A stretch of DNA of 64,000 bases from assembly GCA_963727445.1 (NCBI GenBank), contig CAVSGI010000014.1, forward strand, positions 160,001 to 224,000. Direction: 5' to 3'. This document shows, in pieces, positions 20,496 through 33,472 of the stretch. Made by a program: the position numbers and the translations under genes. Under the pieces are notes generated by a model that was not told where the DNA came from, ran no database searches, and saw nothing but the letters and a program-made list of their open reading frames with translations. The DNA comes from an uncultured delta proteobacterium (GTDB lineage: Bacteria; Myxococcota_A; Polyangia; Polyangiales; B10-G4). How positions within the stretch are numbered: position 1 is the stretch's first letter; every line of letters begins with the position of its first letter.

Positions 20496-21392
20496 CTAAG
20501 GCCGCATTCGTTCGATCTTCTCCTCGACCCGCCCCGCGCGCTTCTCGTCGAGCTTCAGCGGATTGAAGACCGTTGCGTACGCGTGGTGGTTGGCGTGCAT
20601 GTACGCCCCGAAGAGAAGCCGGTTCCCGAGCCAGAAGATGCCTTCGTCTCGATTGACGGGCCGGAAGTCGTCCGAGCGATCCGCGTCGTGCGTCGCCCAG
20701 TTGAAGTGGGTCAGGTGCAGCACGCCGATGATCGCGGCGGGCACGAAGAGGCCGAGGAAGCCGACCGGCCCGAGAATCACGAACCAGAAGAAGAACAGTG
20801 AAGCCCCGGTGCCGACGCTGATCACCGTCTTCACGGTCTCGCGACGACGCATCGCGGGCGTGTCACCCCAGAGCTCGTAGTACTGCTGATGCAGGTTCCG
20901 CTCGAGGTTGACGGCCATCTTCTTCCAGAGGAACGCCCAATAGCTCCGGAGCATCGGATGCGGGTCCTTCTCCTCGTCGTCGGAGAACATGTGATGGCGA
21001 CGATGGAGGATCTCCCACGAGGCGAAGCGCGTCATGACCCACACCCCGATCACCTCGCCCACGAGGCGATTGATCGGCTTGGGGAAGTTGCCGTGGGATG
21101 CGTTGTGGATGAGGGCGTTGCCCAGCATCTGCAGGTACGCGGCGATCACCACCAGGGGCAACAGGTGCAGCCCCCAGCTGAGCCCGAGCCCACGCCAGCC
21201 CACCGACAGCAGGAGTGCGGAAGTCCCTAGGAGCAGCGACGCCCAGATCAAGTCGTACTTGATGTAGAACCAGGGGTCGCGGAGGAAGTCGGACGACGGA
21301 AGGCGTAGCCACCACGATTTCGTGGGCTTCCGTGTCGTCGCGGCTTCTCGCGCGGCAGGCGCGAGCTGGTTCGTCGCAGCGGGTTGTCCCAC
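20496..21392 (-). CDS. Membrane fatty acid desaturase-family protein
   Basis: His boxes HNASH, HRRHH, HANHH; GGAGG RBS. Confidence 0.88.
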   Translation of the reverse strand: MGQPAATNQLAPAAREAATTRKPTKSWWLRLPSSDFLRDPWFYIKYDLIWASLLLGTSALLLSVGWRGLGLSWGLHLLPLVVIAAYLQMLGNALIHNASHGNFPKPINRLVGEVIGVWVMTRFASWEILHRRHHMFSDDEEKDPHPMLRSYWAFLWKKMAVNLERNLHQQYYELWGDTPAMRRRETVKTVISVGTGASLFFFWFVILGPVGFLGLFVPAAIIGVLHLTHFNWATHDADRSDDFRPVNRDEGIFWLGNRLLFGAYMHANHHAYATVFNPLKLDEKRAGRVEEKIERMRP

Positions 21393-21740
21393 CTAGTCCC
21401 TCCTACTGGCCGCGGACCCTAGCAAGAGCAATTTACCCAGGCAAACCGGCGGCCTGCAGAGCGTGAGAGCCCACAACGGACGGGGGCTATTGTCCAACGA
21501 TTTCGTGTCGGTGTTTCTGGCGCGCCCCGAATTCGACGATCGCGCGACGCCTTCGGGGGCTGAGCGCCCGTGCGCCGTGACCGTCGGGGCCGGCCGAGGC
21601 GACGCCGGCTCCCCTCGCCCCGGCCCGTCCGAGCCACCCCCCGGGGAAGCGCGAGACGGCCGCGCAGTGCTGGCTTTTCGGCGTTCATGGGACGCACTGT
21701 CGGCTTTGGGCAATCGCCGGCGAAAGGTACAATGCGCGGC

Positions 21741-22637
21741 ATGGGTGAGGAGGACGCGACGACCAATCCGAACAAGACGGTCGTCACGGTCATCACTCCA
21801 CCGAACCCCAAGAAGGACAGCCGGGATGCGTGCCTGGTCGTCATCTATGGAGACGACCTCGGGCGCAGGGTTCCCCTGGGCACCGACCCCACCATCCTCG
21901 GCCGCTCTTCCAAGTGCGACGTGCAGGTCGATCAGGAGAGCGTCTCCCGAAACCACTGCCGCGTCTCCTTCAACGGCAAGCACTACACCATCCGCGATCT
22001 CGGCTCGACCAACGGCACCTACGTCAACGACGAGCTGATCGACGAAGTGAACCTGCGCGACGGTGATCAGATCAAGGTCGGCCGGACGATCATCAAGTTC
22101 ATCACGGGTGGCAACATCGAGGCGAGCTACCACGAAGAGATCTACCGGCTCATGACCATCGACGGTCTGACCGAGATCCACAACAAGCGCTACTTCCACG
22201 AGATGCTCGAGCGCGAGGTCTCACGCTCGCAGCGCTACGAGCGCGTCTTCTCGATCGTCATCTTCGACATCGATCACTTCAAGAAGATCAACGACACCTT
22301 CGGCCACCTGGCGGGCGATGCGGTGCTCCGTCAGCTGGGCTCGATCGTCAAGCACAAGGTGCGACGCGACGACATCATCGCCCGCGTGGGCGGCGAAGAG
22401 TTCGCCATTCTCCTGCCCGAGGTCGGGCTGGAAGGAGGAGTGGAAGCCGCCCGCAAGCTGCGTGCGGCCGTCGAAGGCACCTCGTTCCAGTTCGAAGGCA
22501 CCACCATCGACGTGACGATCAGCCTGGGCGTCGCGCAGTGGGAGCAGGGCGTCGAGGACGCCGACGAACTCATCAAGAACGCCGACGACAAGCTCTACGA
22601 AGCCAAGCGCAGCGGACGCAACCGCGTCTGCAGCTGA
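21741..22637 (+). CDS. FHA-domain diguanylate cyclase
   Basis: FHA motifs [21 protein letters not shown] domain [14 protein letters not shown], RxxD I-site RRDD, GGEEF. Confidence 0.93.
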   Translation: MGEEDATTNPNKTVVTVITPPNPKKDSRDACLVVIYGDDLGRRVPLGTDPTILGRSSKCDVQVDQESVSRNHCRVSFNGKHYTIRDLGSTNGTYVNDELIDEVNLRDGDQIKVGRTIIKFITGGNIEASYHEEIYRLMTIDGLTEIHNKRYFHEMLEREVSRSQRYERVFSIVIFDIDHFKKINDTFGHLAGDAVLRQLGSIVKHKVRRDDIIARVGGEEFAILLPEVGLEGGVEAARKLRAAVEGTSFQFEGTTIDVTISLGVAQWEQGVEDADELIKNADDKLYEAKRSGRNRVCS

Positions 22638-22652
22638 AGCGCCTCGAGCCCG

Positions 22653-23360
22653 TCAGCCGAAGATGAGCTTCTTGACCTTGCGGCCGACGCCGCGGGCGAC
22701 TTCCTTCGCCACCGCATAGGCCAGAGCCATCACGGAGTCGTCATCGGGGGGCGGGGCCGCGTGGTGGGGGCGGGGAGGCTCGGGGCGCGCCGGGGGCCGC
22801 TCGGGTTTGGCCTTCGGCGGATTCTCGGCGGCGCGGGGTGACGATGAGGTGGCCGCGGGCTCGGCGGCGGGACGCTTTCGACGCTCGGCGACTCGGGCGG
22901 CGGCATCCGCCGCGGAAGGAGCGGAGCCGCCCGGCTGCTTCTTCGCACCCGCCCGCGCCGCTGCAGCTCTGATGTTGGCCTTGCTCGGCAGGAGCTCTTC
23001 GGACGCGCCGCGCTTGCCGGCGGTCTTCGTGACCTTCTTCTTCGCCGACTTCTTGGTGGGCTTCTTGGTGGGCTTCTTGGTGGGCTTCTTGGCGGGCTTC
23101 TTGGTGGCCGTCTTGGCGGCCTTCTTCGCCGGTGCCTTCTTCGCCGACTTTCGGGCGGCCTTGCCCCTGGGGGCGCGGGCGGTCGGCGCCTTTTTGCCGG
23201 CCGCGGTCTTCTGCTCGGCCTTCTTCTTCGGGGCGGTCTTCGCGCCCTTCTTGGGCGCAGTCTCCCGCTTCGAAGCCTTCTTGGCGGCTGCTTTTTTCTT
23301 TTTCGCCGGCTTCCGCTTGGCGCGGGCAGCGGGCTTCCGGCTCGATTCACCCTTGGCCAT
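22653..23360 (-). CDS. Lys/Ala/Pro-rich histone H1-like basic protein
   Basis: PAKK/KKPT repeats; GAGGAG RBS. Confidence 0.7.
   Translation of the reverse strand: MAKGESSRKPAARAKRKPAKKKKAAAKKASKRETAPKKGAKTAPKKKAEQKTAAGKKAPTARAPRGKAARKSAKKAPAKKAAKTATKKPAKKPTKKPTKKPTKKSAKKKVTKTAGKRGASEELLPSKANIRAAAARAGAKKQPGGSAPSAADAAARVAERRKRPAAEPAATSSSPRAAENPPKAKPERPPARPEPPRPHHAAPPPDDDSVMALAYAVAKEVARGVGRKVKKLIFG
23049..23108 (-). repeat. 12-bp coding tandem repeat x5 (KKPT/KKPA)
   Basis: CTTCTTGGTGGG units at 23049, 23061, 23073, 23085 and 23097 on the + strand. Confidence 0.8.
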
Positions 23361-23504
23361 CGCTCCTCAATTGTCCCGGGCCGGGGCGGTCAGCGTCAAA
23401 AAAGGCACCTGACTCCTCCACATCGCCCAGCCGACGTCGAGCCCATAGGGGCGAGCGATCCTCCCGTCGACAGCCCCTCCGGCGGCGGCTAAGGTCCGCC
23501 CGCC

Positions 23505-25166
23505 GTGATGAGGAGCTTCAGCGCAGCATGGATCTGCGCCGCCGCCCTGCTCTACGCGTCTCCGTTCTTCCCAGACGTCGACGCGGGGGAGGAGCGAGCT
23601 CATTTCTACACCACGGCCGCTCTCGCCGAAGAAGGCACCTACGACGTCCGCGACTACACGGAACGCTGGGGCATGGTCGACGGGCTGGTGGAGCGGGACG
23701 GCCGCATCGTCGCCGAGATCGCGCCCGGGCCGAGCCTGTTGGGCACGCTCGGCTATGCCGCCTACGCGCGCGTCGCCGGTGACGACGGGGGGCGGCCGAG
23801 CCGCGTCACGGCGCTGCGCGTCTGCCGCACCACGGCGGTGATCCTCCCGATGCTCTTCTTTCTCTTCGGGCTCCACCGCTTCTTCACGCGGAGCGGCGCC
23901 TCGCGCACGATCGCCGAGGCGGCCTTCTTCTCCGTGGCGCTCGGCTCGCTCCTCTACGGCTATGGGATCCTCTTCGTCGGCGAAGCCCTCGGCGCGGCCG
24001 CGGCTTTCGGCGCCTTCATGGTCATCCACCACGTACGGCGCGCCCCGCGCGTGGAGCCCAAGCTCGCGGTGTGGGCGGGGCTCCTCGCGGGCGCCGTGCC
24101 CTTCTTCGAGGTGACCGGCCTCGCGGTCGGGCTCGTGCTCCTGGTCGCGGCCGCCCTCGCCGTGGGGCGCCGGCGCGCGCCGTGGGTCCTGGTCGGCGCA
24201 GCCCTTCCCATCGCGCTCGTCGTGCAACACAATCTGTCGGCCTTCGGCGTCATCTATCACCTGAGCGAAGCGCGCACGCCCTCGAGCTTCTCAGCGTCGG
24301 CGCTCCTCACTCTGCTCTTCGATCGCGGCGTCGGGCTCTTCCCCCTCACGCCGCTTCTGCTCTTCGCGGTGCCCGGTTTCGTGCGCTACCTGCGCGCGCC
24401 CGGCACGCGCGCCGACGCGCTCCTCGCCCTCACCTGCGTGCTCGTCACCATGCTCTGGGCCGTCTGCATGCCCGGCTGGCGTGGCGGTTGGACCGTGGGG
24501 CCGCGCTACCTCGCGGTGGTCGTTCCCTTCCTGGCCTGGGTCGCCATCGGAGGGCTCTCCCTCGTCGCGGAGCGCTTCCCCCGCATCGCCGACGTGGTCG
24601 CCCTCGGCACCACCGCCATCGCCATCGGCGCCTCCGGCCTGCCCTCGGTCTACTACCCTCACCTGCCTCCGGATCTCGACCGGCCCCTGGTGCAGATCTT
24701 CGGCGTCCTCACCGGTCACGATTACGCGCCCGACAACGTGATGAACCTCTGGAACGTGTGGGGGAGCAGCTCGATGTTCCCCCTCTTCGCGCTCTGGTTC
24801 TTCGCGATCGGTTGGGCCGCCTGGCAGCCGCCGCTGCCGGTCGCCGATCGCGTGTCGATCGTGGCCGGCGCTGCGCTGGTGGGTGGCCTGCTCCTGGGCC
24901 CGCTCCTCTCAGCGCCCGAAGAGCCCAGCCCCGAGGTGCGGGCTCAGGTCGCGTTCGTGACGCGTCACTGGTACCCCGAGGGCCACGACGAGGCCACGGA
25001 ATTGGCCGAGCACCTCGCCGCCTCGGGAGACGCCACGCCCGAGGGTTATGGACACCTGGCCATCCTCTACGAGGAGGAAGGCCGCGACGCGGAGGCCCGC
25101 GCCGCACGGCGGGCCGGAGAGCTCCTGAGTGAGCGCCTGGAGATCCTCGGCGCTCGCGGCCCCTGA
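23505..25166 (+). CDS. Polytopic membrane protein, possibly GT-C fold glycosyltransferase-like
   Basis: More than 10 hydrophobic segments; GLFPLTP and WRGGWTVGPRYL motifs; function inferred. Confidence 0.6.
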   Translation: MMRSFSAAWICAAALLYASPFFPDVDAGEERAHFYTTAALAEEGTYDVRDYTERWGMVDGLVERDGRIVAEIAPGPSLLGTLGYAAYARVAGDDGGRPSRVTALRVCRTTAVILPMLFFLFGLHRFFTRSGASRTIAEAAFFSVALGSLLYGYGILFVGEALGAAAAFGAFMVIHHVRRAPRVEPKLAVWAGLLAGAVPFFEVTGLAVGLVLLVAAALAVGRRRAPWVLVGAALPIALVVQHNLSAFGVIYHLSEARTPSSFSASALLTLLFDRGVGLFPLTPLLLFAVPGFVRYLRAPGTRADALLALTCVLVTMLWAVCMPGWRGGWTVGPRYLAVVVPFLAWVAIGGLSLVAERFPRIADVVALGTTAIAIGASGLPSVYYPHLPPDLDRPLVQIFGVLTGHDYAPDNVMNLWNVWGSSSMFPLFALWFFAIGWAAWQPPLPVADRVSIVAGAALVGGLLLGPLLSAPEEPSPEVRAQVAFVTRHWYPEGHDEATELAEHLAASGDATPEGYGHLAILYEEEGRDAEARAARRAGELLSERLEILGARGP

Positions 25167-25252
25167 TGAGGCCGGGAGCCCCATCCGGATTCGCCCTGAA
25201 ATTTCGGGCATGGACGCTCTCCTCGGCTCACCCCTGCTGCGCCCGGGCGCCC

Positions 25253-25281
25253 TTGCTTTCCAATTTTCAGGTGACTATGTT
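25253..25281 (+). promoter_or_regulatory. Putative sigma70 promoter of lon
   Basis: TTGCTT-N17-TATGTT in an AT-richer patch 59 bp before the ATG. Confidence 0.45.
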
Positions 25282-25340
25282 CGCCCAAGCCTACCTCGCG
25301 GGTTGGGCGCGCGTCCGACCCGCTTTTTTCACAGGAAACC

Positions 25341-27776
<2,436 letters not shown>

Positions 27777-27799
27777 ACCGCGAGGGACACGACAGTCAC

Positions 27800-27831
27800 C
27801 GAGGGCCCGACGAGAGAACGTCGGGCCCTCG
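27800..27831 (+). terminator. Hairpin downstream of lon (no U-tract)
   Basis: CGAGGGCCCGACG-AGAGAA-CGTCGGGCCCTCG perfect 13-bp stem. Confidence 0.6.
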
Positions 27832-27835
27832 CGAT

Positions 27836-28082
27836 GGGGACGGTCTACACTTTTCAACTTTCGGCTGGGCCGCGCGCATGCGGATGAAACCCGGGCGGAG
27901 CGGGATGGGGACGGTCTACACTTTTCAACTTTCGGCTGGGCCGCGCGCATGCGGATGAAACCCGGGCGGGCGTGGCGAAAGTTGAAAAGTGTAGACCGTC
28001 CCCGTTAGCCGGTCCCCGTTAGCCGGCGTGCGGATGAAACCCGGGCGGGCGTGGCGAAAGTTGAAAAGTGTAGACCGTCCCC
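27836..28082. repeat. Cluster 2 of the 97-bp element, reverse orientation: arms 27836-27863, 27907-27934, 27976-28003, 28055-28082; full element 27907-28003
   Basis: Same 28-bp arms; spacer is nearly the reverse complement of the cluster 3 spacer. Confidence 0.92.
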
Positions 28083-28171
28083 GTTAGCCGGCGGCGCCCG
28101 CCGCGTCCTGTCCGAACGGGAATGGGGTGGGGGCGGGAAGCCTCCGTCCTCTGGGGGCGTATGATGTGTGT

Positions 28172-28786
28172 ATGACCGCCTATCGCAGTACGGATACCTG
28201 CGTCAGCTGTGGGCGGGCCATCGACGTCAAGACGGCTGCCTACACGGCGGACGAAATGATCTGCACGACGTGCGAAGCGGGCGAGATGCTCCGCGAGGCG
28301 GATCATCAGAGCGCCGCGAGCTCGGGGGTCGGGGCGCTCGGTTGGGGGATGCTCAGCCTCGTCTGCAATCCCTTCTTCATCCCTTCCATCCTCGCCATCA
28401 CCGGCGGCGTGCGAGAGCTTCAGACGCTCGCCATCGTCGCGCCCGAACAGCGCAGCGGCCGTCAGGTCCAGGGCATCATCGCCATCGGGCTGGGCGCCTT
28501 CTGGCCGGTGATCTTCGTCGGGATGATCGGGCTCGGCGTCCTCGGGATGATCGCCGGCGCCTTCACCGCGGGATCCTACGACGACCCATACAGCGACCCG
28601 TACTACGACGATCCGTACTACGACGACTACGCCTACCCACCCGTCTACGACGACAGCCAGGATCCTGCCTACGATCCCTACGCGGACCCCGCCTACGAGC
28701 CTCTCGAGGGCGGCTTCATCGACGACGACACGCTCGACGACCTCGGCGCTGAGCCCGAGCTGGGGCAGCCGACCGAGCCCCACTGA
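28172..28786 (+). CDS. Hypothetical membrane protein with CxxC..CxxC motif and Tyr/Asp/Pro-rich tail
   Basis: CVSC and CTTC; two TM regions; YDDPYSDPYYDDPYYDD. Confidence 0.7.
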   Translation: MTAYRSTDTCVSCGRAIDVKTAAYTADEMICTTCEAGEMLREADHQSAASSGVGALGWGMLSLVCNPFFIPSILAITGGVRELQTLAIVAPEQRSGRQVQGIIAIGLGAFWPVIFVGMIGLGVLGMIAGAFTAGSYDDPYSDPYYDDPYYDDYAYPPVYDDSQDPAYDPYADPAYEPLEGGFIDDDTLDDLGAEPELGQPTEPH

Positions 28787-28796
28787 TCAGCGGGCG

Positions 28797-29774
28797 TCAG
28801 GGGATCGGGCCGTCGGTGATCCAGGTCGGGTCGGCCGAGTCGGGCATGGTGAAGAGGCCGAGCACTCCGTCGTTTCCGCGCAGCGTGCGGTCGAGGACGA
28901 TCTGCCCCGACTCCTCGAGCGGCCAGTAGGCCACCATCCCCGGCGGGGGCGGACGGAGCCGCCGGTTCATCGCGTCGCGGATCGCGGCTTGTGAACGGAC
29001 GACGCCGAAGATCCGCACCTCGTCGATGTCCCCTTCGAAGCCGCCCATGATGAGGGGCTGATCGTTGATCGCGTCGAAGAGGGTGTTCTCGTAGAGCTGC
29101 GAGTCGGCGACGAAGCCGTTCACGTAGAGCGTGAGCTGCACCGACATCGGATTGGCATCCACCACCACGGCGATGTGGGTCCACACGTTCATGGGGACAG
29201 GCCCACGAACCAGCGCCTCGCTCCCCTCGGTCGCCCAACCCGCGAGCACCAGGCCACCGAGGACCCGGACGAGGTAGTGGTAGCGCTCCCCCATCACCAC
29301 CGTCCCCTTGGAGACGACGACACCCTCGGTGCGCGGACGGATCCACAGCTCGTAGGTGTGCGCGCTCGTGATGTCGAGGCCAACCGACGGAGCGACGAAG
29401 ACCCGGTCGCCGCGGCCGAAGCGCAGCGCGCGCGAGGGAGGTCCCGCGTCGACCGGAGGCGAGGTGTCCCGCGGAGGCCGGCTGTCGGCCGGGCCGCTGT
29501 CGGGCGGGGTGCTGGTGTCGGGCGGCGTGGTGCTGTCCGGCGGCGTGGTGCTGTCCGGCGGGAAGGTGGAGTCGAAGGGCGCGCTGTCGCGAGGCCGAAC
29601 GCTGTCCGGAAGATCCGAATCACTGACCGTCGTGTCGAAGAGGCCGCTGTCCGGAAAGGTCGTGCTGGTGTCGGGAAACGAGCCGGGCGCGCCGTCGTGG
29701 CTGACGTAGCAGCCGGCGGTTCCCATCGCGCTGGCGACGAAGAAAAAGAAGAAGCGAAAGGGATGGCGGGCCAT
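28797..29774 (-). CDS. LamG/concanavalin A-like domain lipoprotein
   Basis: Lipobox TAGC; PDS/PDT linker; TYELWIRP, WTHIAVV, LYVNG, FEGDIDEVRIF, VAYWPLEE. Confidence 0.85.
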   Translation of the reverse strand: MARHPFRFFFFFVASAMGTAGCYVSHDGAPGSFPDTSTTFPDSGLFDTTVSDSDLPDSVRPRDSAPFDSTFPPDSTTPPDSTTPPDTSTPPDSGPADSRPPRDTSPPVDAGPPSRALRFGRGDRVFVAPSVGLDITSAHTYELWIRPRTEGVVVSKGTVVMGERYHYLVRVLGGLVLAGWATEGSEALVRGPVPMNVWTHIAVVVDANPMSVQLTLYVNGFVADSQLYENTLFDAINDQPLIMGGFEGDIDEVRIFGVVRSQAAIRDAMNRRLRPPPPGMVAYWPLEESGQIVLDRTLRGNDGVLGLFTMPDSADPTWITDGPIP

Positions 29775-29835
29775 CTGCCTCAGGCGTTTAGCACGCTGGA
29801 TTGCAAGGCGCCCCCGAAAGCGTAAGAGTCTCGCC

Positions 29836-30846
29836 ATGGAAGAGCAGAAGATCGCGGTCCTCGGGGCGGGCTCGTGGGGGACCGCGCTCGCCAAGCAGCT
29901 CTCGGACCAGGGCCACGAGGTCCGTCTGTGGTCACGACGTCCCGAGCACGCCGAGGCCATCAACCAGACCCGGCAGAATGAACGCTACCTGCCCGGCTTC
30001 GAGCTCGCGCCGAGCCTGAGGGCCACCAGCGACCTCGCGGACGCCATCCCCGGCGCGGACATGGTGCTCGCGGTGGTCCCCTCTCACGGCGTACGCCAGA
30101 TGCTGGACAACGCGGCGCCGCTCTTCGGCGACGAGGCGCCCATCTGCGCCGCCATCAAAGGCATCGAGAACTCGACGCTGATGACGGTGAGCGAAATCTT
30201 CGAGGAGAAGCTCCCGAAGGAAAAGCATCACCTCCTCTGCTTCCTGGGCGGACCGAGCTTCGCCAAGGAGGTCGCGATGGGCGTGCCCACCGCGGTCTCC
30301 GTCGCGGGCAAGGACGACCACGTCACCGAGAAGGTGCAGCACATCTTCAACACCGACCGCTTTCGCGCCTACGCGACTGAAGACGTGGTCGGCATCGAGC
30401 TCGGCGGCGCGCTCAAGAACGTGATCGCCATCGCCGCCGGTATCAGCGACGGGCTGGGCTTCGGCCACAACACGCGCGCCGCGCTCATCACCCGCGGACT
30501 CCACGAGATCTCGCGCCTGGCCGTGCAGATGGGCGCCAACCCGCTCACGATGATGGGCCTCGGCGGCATGGGCGACCTGGTGCTCACCTGCACCGGCGAC
30601 CTGTCCCGCAACCGCACCGTCGGCCTCAAGCTCGGTGAGGGCATGAAGCTGCAGGAGATCCTCGACGGCATGAACATGGTCGCCGAGGGTGTGAAGACGT
30701 CGAAGAGCGCCTACGATCTGTCGAAGCGCGAGGGCGTCGACATGCCGATCGTCGAGCAGGTCTATCAGGTGCTGTACGAGGACAAGGACGCGCGGCAGGC
30801 GGTGACCGACCTGATGACCCGTCCCCTCAAGCGGGAACGTCACTGA
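29836..30846 (+). CDS. gpsA: NAD(P)H-dependent glycerol-3-phosphate dehydrogenase
   Basis: GAGSWGTALA, KGIE, GPSFA, GGALKNVIAIAAG, GDLVLTCTGDLSRN. Confidence 0.97.
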   Translation: MEEQKIAVLGAGSWGTALAKQLSDQGHEVRLWSRRPEHAEAINQTRQNERYLPGFELAPSLRATSDLADAIPGADMVLAVVPSHGVRQMLDNAAPLFGDEAPICAAIKGIENSTLMTVSEIFEEKLPKEKHHLLCFLGGPSFAKEVAMGVPTAVSVAGKDDHVTEKVQHIFNTDRFRAYATEDVVGIELGGALKNVIAIAAGISDGLGFGHNTRAALITRGLHEISRLAVQMGANPLTMMGLGGMGDLVLTCTGDLSRNRTVGLKLGEGMKLQEILDGMNMVAEGVKTSKSAYDLSKREGVDMPIVEQVYQVLYEDKDARQAVTDLMTRPLKRERH

Positions 30847-30856
30847 CGCACACGCG

Positions 30857-32497
30857 ATGACCCGCCTGCGCTTTCGGCTCCTGTACCTGGTGCTCCTGCC
30901 GGCCATCGCGGTGGCGGCCGGCATCCTCGGGTACTACAGCTGGCAGGCCGCGACGCAGTACACGCGCCTCGGTGAAGAGACCATCGCCGAGTCGACGCTC
31001 CTCCTCGTCAGCGAGAAGGTCGACCAGGTCGAGCAGGAGCTGATCCGCACCGACAACGCCGTCTTCGCGATGGTGCGGCTGAGCGACCCGGCAGCCATCG
31101 AGGAGACCTGGCCCGAGGTGGCCGAGGACGAGACGCCCTCGGTGCGTGCGGTGATGGTGCTCGACGATACCGGCAACGTGCTCGGCTACGCCTATCGCGG
31201 CAGCGCGGCCGCCCGGCGCGAGTACCTCAAGGTCTTTCAGGAGCTCGATCCTCCCCGACCTCGAGCTCGAACGGCAGCGGCTCTGGCGCCTCAAGCATCT
31301 GCACGCGACCTACGGTGACACCCCTTATCTCATCTCCTACAAGGCGGTCCGCTGGGAGGGGCGCCGCTTCTACGTGGTCGCGCAGCACGACACCGCCTGG
31401 ATCGTCCGCGACCTCTTCCCCGAGCTCTTCGCCACCGAAGAGGGCAAGCGGCTCTACAACGTGGTCGATCGAGAACGGCGACCGCGTCTACGGACCCAGC
31501 CTGGCCCGCGCGGGCGATTACCTCGTCGGCCGCCGCTTCCCGACCACGCTCTACGAGTGGCGCCTTCAGCTCGCGCCGAAGCAGGCACCGCTGCTCGAGC
31601 GCCAATCGCAGACGCGGCGGTGGAACGAGACCGCGCTGGTCGGCATCGCCGTTCCTGATCGTCCTGCTCGGCGTCGGCTTCGTGATCTACGCGGCCGACA
31701 AGGAGCGCCGCCTCAACGCGCTCAAGGCGGAGTTCGTCGCCAACGTCTCCCACGAGCTCAAGACGCCGCTGTCGGTGGTGCGGATGTTCGCCGAGCTCCT
31801 GCTCACCAAACGCGTGCGGAGCGAGGAGAAGCAGGAGCAATACCTCGAGCTCATCTGTCGCGAGTCGGAGCGGCTCTCGGCGCTGATCGAAAACGTCCTC
31901 GACTTCGCCGCCCTCGAGCGCGGCAAGCGCGAATTCCAGATGCGCGAAGGGCGCCTCGAGGACGTGGTCGCACGGGCGATCGACACCTTCCGCTATCGCA
32001 TCGAGAACGAAGGCGGCGAGGTGCGTCTCGACGCGGCCAGCGAGCTGCCCCCGGTCATGCTCGACGAGCAGGCGGTGCTCCTGTCGGTCATCAACCTCCT
32101 CGACAACGCCGTGAAGTACGGCCGCGGCACCCCGGTGGAGGTGAGGATCCGACGTGAGGACGGCGTCCTCCGCGTGGCGGTGCGCGATCACGGCCCGGGG
32201 ATCCCGAAGAGCGATCTGAAGCGGGTCTTCGAGCGCTTCTATCGCACCCGGAAGAACGAGAGCGACGTGCGGGGATCGGGGATCGGCCTCAGCCTGGTCA
32301 AGCACATCGCCGAGGCGCACGGCGGCAGGGCCTGGGCCGAAAACGCCGAGGACGGTGGCGCGGTGGTCGGCTTCTCGGTGGCCATCCCGAAGAAACGGGC
32401 GACGGCAGCCGCGATGGAGAGGGACGACAGCCAGCCCGAGGGCGCCCGCGCGGCGAGCGTGAACCTCCCCGCGCCCCCTGGCGTCCCGGAAGCCTGA
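30857..32497 (+). CDS. Membrane sensor histidine kinase, broken by about 3 frameshifts (near 31246, 31469, 31650; probable sequencing errors)
   Basis: N-terminal TM; H-box NVSHELKTPL, N-box NLLDNAVKY, G1 DHGPGI, G2 GSGIGL; middle part continues across frames. Confidence 0.85.
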
Positions 32498-32557
32498 GAC
32501 GCATCCCGTCCATTCGTCCTTGTTTTGAGCTGCCCCCGACCGGCAACATGAGCCCCC

Positions 32558-33263
32558 GTGAGCACCGAGCCAACGGGACGGACGATCCTGCTCGTCGAGG
32601 ACGACCCAGCGCTGGCGCTGGGCCTGTGCGACGCCCTCGAGTTCGAGGGCTTCGCGGTGGTGCACGCCAAGAATGGCCAGTCAGGCATCGACGAGGCCCG
32701 AGACCGCGGCCCCGACTGCATCATCCTCGACCTGATGCTGCCCGACATCAACGGCTACCAGGTGTGCACCGAGATCCGCGAAGGGGACCCGATCGTCCCC
32801 ATCATCATGCTCACCGCGCGCAGCCAGGAGGCGGACAAGATCCGCGGGCTCGAGTCGGGCGCGGACGACTACGTCACCAAGCCCTTCTCCGTGGGGGAGC
32901 TCGTCGCGCGCATCCGCGCCATGTTCCGCCGCGCCGCGCGCATCAGCACCGCTCCGGGCAAGCGGACCTTTCCGGATCGGGGAGCGCGTGATCGACCCCA
33001 CGGCCCAGACGCTGACCCACGGTCGCAAGACGGTGCAGCTCTCCTTCTACGAGATCGAGCTCCTGCGCATCCTCTACGAGCGGGCCGGCCAGCCGGTGAG
33101 CCGCGACGAGATCCTCGACAAGATCTGGGGCATCAGCTCGAGCCCCAGCAACCGAACCGTCGACAACTTCGTGGTGAAGCTCCGCAAGAAGATCGAGCCC
33201 AGCCCCGACAAGCCCCAGCACATCCTCACCGTGTACGGCGTGGGGTACAAATTGGTGATTTGA
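32558..33263 (+). CDS. OmpR-family response regulator, one frameshift near 32975
   Basis: Receiver [22 protein letters not shown]; winged helix [33 protein letters not shown] in the next frame. Confidence 0.9.
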
Positions 33264-33472
33264 GCTTGCGTGACGTCGCCGCCCAGGCACGCCGTCCCGC
33301 GGCTCTCCTCCTCGGGGCGGACGCTCGATGTAGCGCACGCACGCCTCGGCCCGCCCCTCCGGGGGCGCTCGCGGGACGACGCACCTGAACGACGACTTCG
33401 GACGAGATGTTCGAGAGTTCCCAAATGACACGAGATCTGCACAGGCCACAGCTTCGGCGCTATCATGCGCAC

